From Octopus sinensis (Eukaryota), in NCBI RefSeq assembly GCF_006345805.1, contig NW_021825782.1, positions 1 through 14,817 on the forward strand: DNA of 14,817 bases. Reading direction: 5' to 3'. Both the position numbers and the translations under genes were made by a program. The notes under the pieces are model-generated. The model was not told where the DNA came from and searched no databases. It saw nothing but the letters and a program-made list of their open reading frames with translations. Every line of letters begins with the position of its first letter. The stretch's first letter is position 1. Shown one piece after another: positions 1 to 8,444 of the stretch.

Positions 1-151
1 ATTAATATATATATATGTATGTATGTATATGTATATAAGAAAACAAAAATGAAATAAGAACGTAACAGGCGACAACAAAACATCCGGACAGTTAGATGAT
101 ATGAAAAAGGACAGGAAAAATTAAGGACAGATCATTCGGAGTTTTCTATCT

Positions 152-153
152 TC

Positions 154-215
<62 letters not shown>

Positions 216-262
216 GTATGTGTGTGTGTGTGCGCGCGTGTGTGTGTGTATGTATATATATA
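152..262. repeat. Compound (TA)/(GT)n microsatellite
   Basis: Direct reading of the dinucleotide run. Confidence 0.95.
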
Positions 263-382
263 CACAAAATGAGAAAATGGAGAAATATATCTAAATCAAT
301 CATCAACTATCAGATAATACCGAATCATATACTTTATTAAAACACTACACAATAGCAATGAGAACCCCTATCTATCATTCAT

Positions 383-437
383 TATATATATATATATATA
401 TATATAATATATCTATATATATATATATATATATATA
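383..437. repeat. (TA)n microsatellite abutting the element at 438
   Basis: Direct reading. Confidence 0.95.
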
Positions 438-1038
438 GGAGAGTTTACGAAAAAAACAAAAGACGAAGACAGCTGGTGTACAAAACAACAGATGTATAGT
501 ATAACGTTCAGGAATAGAAAAAGTCTTTTACGTTTCGAGCCTACGCTCTTCTACAGAGAGGGACACAGAAAAAACAAGGAGAGAAAAAAATGTGTGTAGT
601 GGCTAACGATCTATCATGGCGACTAGTGCCGGACAGAAGGGTCAAACACGAGGAATACAGGAAAGTTTAGAAATTATAAAAATAAATATAAAAATAAAGT
701 AATGATAAAAAAGACAGTTTTACGTAAAGTTCAAAGGTTTTTTAGACGTCGTGGTGTATTGCAAGGATTTCTCATCAAGAGTAGAGTCCACTGTGATCCG
801 TGTGTAGGGGAGGTGCAGCCGGAGGGTAAGTATCCAAACGAATCTGTAAATGGTAGATGAAGAGTAAGTAAAGAGTCCAGTGGAGAAGTTCGTTGTGGCA
901 AGAAGAGATAGGATCAATATGTGCGACCACGTGAGCGTGTGATATATATAGGGATAGTTTACGAAAAAAACAAAAGACGAAGACAGGTGGTGTACAAAAC
1001 AAACAGATGTATTAGTATAACGCTCAGGAATAGAAAAA
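438..1038 (-). mobile_element. Non-autonomous Penelope-like/retrozyme-like element with ~86-bp direct terminal repeats and a hammerhead motif
   Basis: 438-522 and 952-1038 are direct repeats with about 5 differences, each preceded by (TA)n. A hammerhead-like motif lies at 523-564 on the minus strand. No RT ORF recognised. Confidence 0.65.
523..564 (-). ncRNA. Minimal type I hammerhead ribozyme variant (core CUGUAGA, palindromic stem III)
   Basis: Minus strand reads CUGUAGA-A-GAGC(GUAG)GCUC-GAAA-CGU-A. Stem II is a perfect 4 bp, stem III is the ACGU palindrome, triplet GUA. A6U deviation and weak stem I. Confidence 0.55.
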
Positions 1039-1189
1039 TACATAATAATGAAATGGATTTCTGTCCAGAGGGAAAGAAAAACACGCATTTCCAATCCCGG
1101 AAAATGTCTGGCGAAGTTTCTACAAAGCAATCAATTTCTGGAGAATTAGTTATATTTGGTTTGCAAGATATATTATATGGATGGTTTTA

Positions 1190-1507
1190 ATTGTATCTCT
1201 TTAGCAAATATTTACGATACCAAAGCACCGAGTTCTTGGGAAGATTCTACGGAAATATTTTTTAGAGTGAGATACGATTTTCAAACATACATATTCCCAT
1301 GTCATGGACGTTTCGAAATCTTGACTTGATTCTCTCTTTAAAGAATTTGATTGGCAGTCTTCAGTCAGCACCGAAAGGGATAAGATTTTGTGCCGTTGGA
1401 CATATTGTCCTTTATCGAGTTAAATATAACATCTATATATAGACAAAATGTATTTCAAAGATGCTTTAGAAGCAGTCTATGTAACTGGGTACTTCTTATT
1501 GTAGATT
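1190..1507 (+). repeat. Left arm of a 318-bp inverted repeat
   Basis: Reverse complement of 1961-2278 with 6 mismatches counted by eye. Confidence 0.97.
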
Positions 1508-1960
1508 AGTTGTATTTGGTTTGCAAGATATTACATCGTGTGTTGGAACATATTTTGTTGTGTCTCATTATGTCAATGATTAGCACAAGCACTTTTTCTA
1601 TTTCTCTTCTTCATTATTCTTTTGTCAACTGGTTAACGATTTTACCAATTGATCAATAGGTTGAGAAATCTGATCTTCTCGAGATACGGCAAAATATGGG
1701 CTAAATTGTATATGCCATGATTTCGCCAAAAGACCTTTGAAAAGATCGACGTATATCGCTTATGTCCTAAACTGTATCACGTTGATATAATAAGGAGGTT
1801 GATCGTTTTAGTCTCTGGTTTCCTTTTAAAAGAAACAGAAGTCGAATGGTGGCGGCTGACGGAATCCTGCCCGAAGAGTCTGAGGTAATAAGACGAAGAC
1901 CACAAAGACCAATACCGGATCCTTCATTTCTCTTCAAATTATTTGCCAGATATAGACAAA

Positions 1961-2278
1961 AATCTACAATAAGAAGTACCCAGTTACATAGACTGCTTCT
2001 AAAGCATCTTTGAAATACATTTTGTCTATATATAGATGTTATATTTAACTGGATAAAGGACAATATGTCCAACGGCACAAAATCTTATCCCTTTCGGTGC
2101 TGACAGAAGACTGCCAATCAAATTCTTTAAAGAGAGAATCAAGTCAAGATTCCGAAACGTCCATGACATGGGAATATGTATGTTTGAAAACCGTATCTCA
2201 CTCTAAAAAATATTTCCGCAGAATCTTCCCTAGAACTCGGTGCTTTGGTATCGTAAATATTTGCTAAAGAGATACAAT
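1961..2278 (-). repeat. Right arm of the 318-bp inverted repeat
   Basis: Reverse complement of 1190-1507. Confidence 0.97.
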
Positions 2279-2345
2279 CGACCTGTTGACACTCTGGAAA
2301 TTCCTTATTCTGAGAACAAAGAAATACACACTGAGGCAGGAACAC

Positions 2346-2583
2346 TGTGAATTGGCCGAATTACTAGTGTCGTGGTATTTCTTCCGACTCTACAATAAGA
2401 TGTACCCAGTTACATAGACTGCTTCTAAAGCATCTTTGAAATACATTTTGTCTATATATAGATGTTATATTTAACTGGATAAAGGACAATATGTCCAACG
2501 GCACAAAATCTTATCCCTTTCGGTGCTGACTGAAGACTGCCAATCAAATTCTTTAAAGAGAGTTCAAATTCAGCCGATGTCAC
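2346..2583 (+). mobile_element. Possible old tRNA-SINE head (2346-2393 plus 2560-2583) interrupted by a 174-bp duplication
   Basis: gagttcaaattcagccgatgtcac closely matches the B-box region of the SINE at 3146. The upstream gtgaattggccgaa...ggtatttcttccgactctac only weakly matches the A-box half. Confidence 0.4.
2389..2562 (-). repeat. Third, partial (174-bp) copy of the inverted-repeat arm
   Basis: Direct repeat of 1963-2136 with 2 substitutions. Confidence 0.97.
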
Positions 2584-2867
2584 CCTTATCGTTCATTATT
2601 ATCTGGTTGTTAAAACTGCATCAATTGAGAGCGGTGGATTGGTGGAGCTATTAAACGTTCGAAAGAGATGTCATATGGTATCTGTTCCAGCTTTTAATGT
2701 TCTGACGACAATACCTGAGATGATGATGACCCTGGTGATTAGCTCCATCAAACATAAAGAGGGGTCCTTTTACATCGGTGACGTGGAGAGTGAAGACTTA
2801 TATATATATAACAGGATAACTACCAGCCTTCCCCAACAGATTTTTTCGCAGGTATGCACGAGTAGAT

Positions 2868-2922
2868 TCCTTTCATGCCATCGGGAGTTGATAAGATTAA
2901 AGTATCAGTCAAATATTAGAGG
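2868..2922 (+). mobile_element. Degenerate SINE central-domain relic
   Basis: tcctttcatgccatcgggagttgataagattaaagtatcagt resembles cctttcatcctttcggggtcgataaattaagtaccagt at 3249-3286. Confidence 0.4.
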
Positions 2923-3072
2923 ACCCTTCACACACATACGCGCTCGCACACACGTATGTATGTGTGTTGGGGGAGAGTCATTCTCTTTTAGTGCCTTGGA
3001 CACAATAAAATATGCTTCAACATACAAATTCACATAAAGAATCTTGCAAACGAAATACGAAAACGAAATATA

Positions 3073-3126
3073 TACATACATACATACATACATACATACA
3101 TACATACATACATACATACATACATA
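3073..3126. repeat. (TACA)n microsatellite
   Basis: Direct reading. Confidence 0.95.
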
Positions 3127-3145
3127 ATATATATATAACTCCAAG

Positions 3146-3374
3146 TGGCGGCGAGCTGGCAGACACGTTAGCACACCGGGCGAAATGCGTAGCCGTATTT
3201 CGTCTGCCGTTACGTTCTGAGTTCAAATTCCGCCGAGGTCGACTTTGCCTTTCATCCTTTCGGGGTCGATAAATTAAGTACCAGTTTCGCACTGGGGTCG
3301 ATGTAATCGACTTAATCCCTTTGTCTGTCCTGGTTTGTCCCCTCTGTGTTTGGACCCTAGTGGGTAGTAAAGAA
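3146..3374 (+). mobile_element. Full-length tRNA-derived SINE (Meta-domain-like centre) with a 17-bp target-site duplication
   Basis: A-box-like TGGCAGA near 3157 and B-box GTTCAAATTCC at 3221-3231. Central GGTCGACTTTGCCTTTCATCCTTTCGGGGTCGATAAATTAAGTACC resembles the MetaSINE domain (from memory). TSD atatatataactccaag at 3129-3145 and 3375-3391. Confidence 0.9.
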
Positions 3375-3916
3375 ATATATATAACTCCAAGAAAGTTAGG
3401 GGTTGTGAATCCAACCAATTAAGGGATAATATTTGTCCAATATACTTCTGGTAGAATACTCAATTATTAATACACAAGTGCTTTTTAATTGCATTGCAAT
3501 TACACTACCAAGTGTACTAAATGGGTGAAGGTAAAGAGATATTTTACCATTAACTTATATAGCAGTAAGAAAATGGATTGGATCAAAAGGTGGTTCATCA
3601 ACTTTTAGACATTAAATTATGTTAACTTATTTATTTATTTACGAAAATGAAAATTATAATATACACACATATAACAAATGCCTTACTAAAATTTCTGTGG
3701 GGTTCAAAATCAGAATTTGCCCCCCTACTGACTTTTCTCAGGTTTGGAAAATATTGCGTAAAAAGGGATCTGTAAAAAAGTAGTTTGAAGTTAGATTTCT
3801 CTCAAAGAACAAAGAAAAAAATAAATAAATAAATAAATAAAACAATAAGGCCTTGTTTGTAAAAGATTTTGGACTTGGGTTTGCACCCTCAAAACAAATT
3901 TCGTTCCTGAACCAGT

Positions 3917-4335
3917 GTATGTACGTATGTCTAAATGTATGTATGTATGTATGTATGTATGTATGTATGTATGTACGTATGTATGTATGTATGTATGTAT
4001 CCATGTATGTATGTATGTATGTATGTATGTATGTATCCATGTATGTATGCATGTATGTATGTATGTATGTGTATGTATGTATGTATGTATGTATGTATGT
4101 ATGTATGTATGCATGTATGTATGCATGTATACATGCATCCATATATATGTATGTATGTATGTATGCATACATGCATCCATGTATGTATGTATGTATGTAT
4201 GTATGTATGTATGTATGTATGTATGCATGCATGTATGTATGTATGTATGTATGTATGCATGCATGTATGTATGTATGTACGTATGTGTGTGTATGAATCT
4301 GTGTATGTGTCTGTATGTGTGCGTGTATGTGTGTG
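3917..4335. repeat. Long interrupted (TATG)n microsatellite
   Basis: Direct reading; source of the MYVC/YIHT pseudo-ORFs. Confidence 0.97.
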
Positions 4336-4716
4336 TAAGATTCTCAAAAATTTTGTTGCGAACTTTGGCATTTACGAAAGAAAGAAAAGAAAGAAAAAAA
4401 GACCATAGGAATGAGGAAGAACTGTTAGATCTTAAATCTTAACACGCCCTTCCTGAAACTGCTATAGTCGGAACTTTTACGGCAGCATTTTTGGCCTTTA
4501 AAAGTCTGCAATTATACAGCTGCATCCATAAAGGTCTATCAAACCTTGATCAAAGATTCTTTTTGAGACCTTTAAAAAATGTACCGAAATACAGGTCTCT
4601 CTCGCATCCCAGATCAACCATCTGCAAAAGGCCAGAGCCAAAAAGCAGATCAGCAGCGACCTCTAGTAGTTTGTTTGATTCTTTGATCCAACTACTAAAG
4701 ATGCTACGTAAATTGT

Positions 4717-4749
4717 AAAAACGAAAAACGAAAAACGAAAAACGAAAAA
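4717..4749. repeat. (AAAAACG)x4 tandem repeat
   Basis: Direct reading. Confidence 0.9.
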
Positions 4750-4967
4750 TAAATGCATATTACCTCCGCCTCCTATCATGCACATAGACAACACAAAAGA
4801 TAGAATACTAAACTATTTATGCAATGCTCCAGTCTGACCTTAACCAAATTAAAGAGCTAATTAACTAAATAACAAGCATTATATAATCACGTTTAATTTC
4901 TCTTGTCATCTCAACCGTCATAGAAATAACTGTCTAGCCAAATTTGCGTCGCGGTTTCAATATTCAG

Positions 4968-5015
4968 TGTGAGTGGATCTGGTAGACGGAAACTGAAAGA
5001 CCTGTTATATATATG

Positions 5016-5065
<50 letters not shown>

Positions 5066-5274
5066 TAATATATAGTTTTGTGCATATGTTTGTGTCTTGA
5101 CAACCGATGCTGATGTGTTTATGTCCCCGTAACCTAGCGGTTGGGCAAAAGAGACCGATAGAATAAGTACTGGGCTTACAAAGAATAAGTCCCGGGGTCG
5201 ATTTGCTCGACTAAAGGCGGTGCTCCAGCATGGCCGCAGTCAAATGACTAAAACAAGTAAAAGAGTAAAGAGTA
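4968..5274 (+). mobile_element. 5'-truncated composite SINE (same family as 7533-7953) with an internal (TA)n expansion
   Basis: tgtgagtggatctggtagacggaaactgaaaga ... gaataagtactgggcttacaaagaataagtcccggggtcg ... ggcggtgctccagcatggccgcag plus an (AAAGAGT)-type tail; matches the reverse complement of 7533-7830. Confidence 0.9.
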
Positions 5275-5481
5275 ACAAAATAGTGAAAATGGAGAACCTC
5301 TTATAGCATGAAAAGGAAAAATTTTAATAACCGTTGTATATTTCCTGCAGAAAGATCCATCATCAGATGTAAACAGTTCACATATTTTAGTTTATATAGT
5401 ACCAATTAACATGGCCAGTGCTCTATAGACCAATGTTTCTTGGTTGTTTGCATTTGATGATGAGCGTCTGTGCCCGAAATA

Positions 5482-5996
5482 TCTATATATATAAAACTGT
5501 AGTTGTGTGAGTGTCTGTCCCCTTCGATTTAGATTCCTAACTACTCCCACATTTTGCGGTGCAGTTTAACCAAATTCGGGTATCTCATAGTCGTGATTCA
5601 TATCGAGCATGTCTGAGTATTAGCGCGCGTCTACGATGAGTCTACGATTTTAAAAATAATTTAACATCATTTTTTATTCCATTTTAATGCATAATTTTTC
5701 GTGTGTCGATGGCGGCGGAGTTGGCGTCTACGCTCACAGCTGCACCTGTTTGCTTCTCCCCCTTCTTCCCTCCCTCGTGAAGCTGTGGGGAAGGGAGTGT
5801 AAGGAAATCAACGTCGTAAAGCGTTGTCAAGGAGACCAGCGTTCTTTTAGAACAACGACTTCATGGCTTGAAGACACCAAAACAGAAATGGCTAAGAAAG
5901 CCCGAATTGGCATCTATAAGGGAAGTAACTCTCTCTAAAAATGCTTATATAGTTATTTCCCTTACAAATCCGAGCAACGCCGGGCGATACTGCTAG
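5482..5996 (+). mobile_element. Complete non-autonomous Helitron (515 bp)
   Basis: 5' TCTATATATATAAAA, 3' CTAG, GC-rich hairpin CCGAGC-AAC-GCCGG at 5970-5983 about 12 nt before the end, inserted between A5481 and T5997 with no TSD. Confidence 0.88.
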
Positions 5997-6194
5997 TAAG
6001 TTATGAAAGTTTTCCTTTTCACGTTGGAAGAAGCTATCTGCCTTCGTTATTCTATTTCTTTATCGTAATGCTGTAAGCAAGCCACAACGCTCCTTTGTTA
6101 TTTGTTACAGTTACTGATAATTGAACTTAATGTTTTAAGACAGTATTTTGAGCATCTTCTTTGTCAATTGTTTTATTATAACAGAAGTTATAAT

Positions 6195-6455
6195 AAGGGC
6201 CCACAGCTTTTTAATATTCTCCCAAAGAGTCTGAGGAACTTGCACAAAGTAGATGTAGCGGTTTTTTAATCAAAACTGGACATCTTCCTGTCAAGAGTCC
6301 CAGATGAACCTACCACACGGCAAGAGGTGCAAATGAGAGTAGCTGTATCAAACTCCATTCTTCACCAAGTGCCACATATTAGACGAGGTTCGTCGCAATA
6401 ACAGTGTAACACAAAACGGCGGTGCATCAGCATGGCCGCAGCTCTGAGCTGAAAC
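6195..6455 (+). mobile_element. 5'-truncated 3' end of a CR1-superfamily-like LINE (ORF2 C-terminus relic plus 3' UTR)
   Basis: 6195-6401 translates KGPQLFNILPKSLRNLHKVDVAVF*SKLDIFLSRVPDEPTTRQEVQMRVAVSNSILHQVPHIRRGSSQ*, fitting the FNxLP...FKxxLDxFL pattern of post-RT C-termini. One premature stop at 6267-6269. Tail hairpin at 6439-6451. Confidence 0.8.
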
Positions 6456-6576
6456 TAGAAGACAGAAAACAGAGAAACAGAAAGTATAAAGTGAATAAAA
6501 CAGGGTGCAGGAGAGAGAAAATTTACTTCTAAAAAGTTACCAGAGGTTAATGGGACGGAAAAAAAACTAAAACAGG

Positions 6577-6607
6577 AAGTGTAGTATAAGTGTAGTATAA
6601 GTGTAGT
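6577..6607. repeat. 11-bp tandem repeat (AAGTGTAGTAT) x~2.8
   Basis: Direct reading. Confidence 0.85.
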
Positions 6608-6818
6608 CCGTCGAAACAAGATTAGTATGAAATGAGCAGAGGATATAAGACGCAACACGCAAGTCTATATTAATATCCATTAAAAGCAACAGGAGCAGTA
6701 TTAGATTCAAGTAAGCATTTATGTAGCTTACACTTATAGTAAATATATCATGACAGACAAAATTTTCTACGGGATTCGTCCGGAGATCCTATGTACGCGC
6801 TGTACTTAAAAACACTAA

Positions 6819-6820
<2 letters not shown>

Positions 6821-6860
<40 letters not shown>

Positions 6861-7098
6861 TGTGTTTGTGTCTATGTGCATTTGCGGGACACCTGATGCA
6901 TTTCTGAGACGAGTTCCGTCTCCTTCCAATATAATTTTATTCTCGATTATCCGGTTTCCATGCCGTGTGTGTGTGTGTGTGTGTGTGGTGTGTGTGTGTT
7001 TGTGTCTATGTGCATTTCCGGGACACCTGATGCATTTCTGAGACGAGTTCCGTCTCCTTCCAATATAATTTTATTCTCGATTATCCGGTTTCCATGCC

Positions 7099-7130
<32 letters not shown>

Positions 7131-7229
7131 TTGTGTCTATGTGCATTTCTGGGACACCTGATGCATTTCTGAGACGAGTTCCGTCTCCTTCCAATATAAT
7201 TTTATTCTCGATTACCCGGTTTCCATGCC
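6821..7229. repeat. Three tandem copies of a 131-144-bp unit ((GT)n plus ~100 bp unique)
   Basis: Units end at 6964, 7098 and 7229; unique parts differ at only 2-3 positions. Confidence 0.97.
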
Positions 7230-7310
7230 GTATAAAGTAATAGAAAGAGAACATTCCACCTAAATAGGATGCCGGTCCGTTGCAGGGTCCGTTGCAAGGT
7301 CGATCATTTT

Positions 7311-7481
7311 GAGGGAAAGCGATAAATCGATTACTACGACATCAGTACTTGACTGGTATTCTATTTTATCGATCTTCAAGAGATGAACGACAAAGCTGAC
7401 CTCGACGGGATACGAACTCAGAACATAAAGTGCCAGAAGGAATTCCGCTAAACAGTCAAACGATTCTGTCACCTCACCGCC
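7311..7481 (-). mobile_element. Diverged tRNA-SINE related to 3146-3374
   Basis: Minus strand ggcggtgaggtgacagaatcg...ttctgagttcgtatcccgtcgaggtcagctttgtcgttcatc...gataaaatagaataccag aligns with the head and centre of the 3146 copy. Confidence 0.8.
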
Positions 7482-7485
7482 TTCT

Positions 7486-7490
<5 letters not shown>

Positions 7491-7533
<43 letters not shown>
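7491..7533. repeat. (TA)n between two SINEs
   Basis: Direct reading. Confidence 0.95.
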
Positions 7534-7535
<2 letters not shown>

Positions 7536-7953
7536 TCTTTCTACTCTTTTTACTCTTTTACTTGTTTCAGTCATTTGACTGCGGCCATGCTGGAGAACCG
7601 CCTTTAATCGAGCAACTCGACCCCGGGACTTGTTCTTTGTAAGCCCAGTACTTATTCTATCGGTCTCTTTTGCCGAACCGCTAAGTAACGGGGAACATAA
7701 ACACACCAGCATCGGTTGTCAAGCAATGCTATGGGGACAAACACAGACACACAAACACATACATACGCACATATATATATGCATATATACGACGGGCTTC
7801 TTTCAGTTTCCGTCTACCAAATCCACTCACAAGACTTTGGTTGGCCCGAGGCTATAGTAGAAGACACTTGCCCAAGGTGCCATGCAGTGGGACTGAACCC
7901 GGAACCATGTGGTTGGTAAGCAAGCTACTTACCACACAGCCACTCCTGCGCCT
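7533..7953 (-). mobile_element. Full-length composite tRNA-SINE (CORE-like domain, internal microsatellite, LINE-like tail); Octopus OR/OK-type, family unassigned
   Basis: Minus strand: A-box TGGCTGTGTGG, B-box GGTTCAGTCCC (7889-7899), CORE-like CCTTGGGCAAGTGTCTT (7861-7877), tail CAGCATGGCCGCAGTCAAATGACTGAAAC plus (AAAGAGT)n; (TA)n on both sides. Confidence 0.92.
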
Positions 7954-8376
7954 ATATATATATATTGTGTGTTTTTTAACACGGCACGTTCATAGAAGAT
8001 AATTTGCCTTTCATGGTGTATTTATATTATGCAAGATATATAAATGGCTACCAATATCGCTGATATCGTAAACGCTAGTCGTATCCTATGAACGTTCTTT
8101 TGTAACTGATACGTTTTACTTAACGAAATTCTACGAATATTCAAACCATATTTTAACACAAACCGATATTATTAACTAAAAGCTAATAAGATCAATCACA
8201 ACTAAGACACACGTATAATACCATAGTTGTATCACTTCTACAACAACAACAACAACAACAAAAAATTATGAACAATAACAAAACATTAAAAAAAAACTAT
8301 TGTGAAATATGACCTATATTTTTGGTGAATAAAGATTGTATAAATATTAAGAACAAATATATGCACACGTTCATAA

Positions 8377-8422
<46 letters not shown>

Positions 8423-8444
8423 GAAAGCAAGCAAATAATTTATA

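Noticed and set aside
1961-2400. Plus frame in which most stops are TGA, suggesting a code-4 or mitochondrial-code gene
   Set aside because: TAA and TAG stops also occur, TGG is used, and the readthrough resembles no protein I recognise.
2639-3037. ORF containing FYIG (GIY-YIG-like); the reverse frame has LHVTDVKGP (cadherin-linker-like)
   Set aside because: No upstream GIY-type motif, no conserved Arg/Glu context and no DxNDN motif; the ORF ends in low-complexity sequence.
3146-3236. tRNA-like A/B boxes here and at 7889-7945
   Set aside because: These are SINE heads followed by SINE bodies and tails, not cloverleaf tRNA genes.
3738-4442. ORFs of 146-175 aa (MYVC/YIHT repeats), and similar ORFs at 121-306, 8483-8921, 9263-10292, 11197-11936 and 12292-12639
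   Set aside because: They are stop-free readings of microsatellites, with no coding signal.
4405-4474. AGGAAG...CUUCCU helix followed by GAAA-CUG(CUA)UAG-UC, resembling the 3' half of a hammerhead
   Set aside because: The 5' core reads GGAAUG rather than CUGANGA, and no stem I forms.
4460-4720. 75-aa ORF and a reverse frame with RWLIWDAR, reminiscent of L1/Tx1 C-termini
   Set aside because: Single short motif, stops nearby and no further similarity; needs tBLASTn.
5341-5366. Minus-strand CUGAUGA...GAAA
   Set aside because: No credible stem II, stem III or stem I.
6821-7229. Three repeats with a hairpin as a CRISPR array or tandem hammerheads
   Set aside because: Eukaryotic context, no unique spacers and no cas genes. 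The minus strand has GAAAUGCAUC but lacks CUGANGA.
7267-7301. ggatgccggtccgttgcaggg, resembling a V-SINE-domain fragment, with a 12-bp tandem duplication
   Set aside because: Too short to support a family call from memory.
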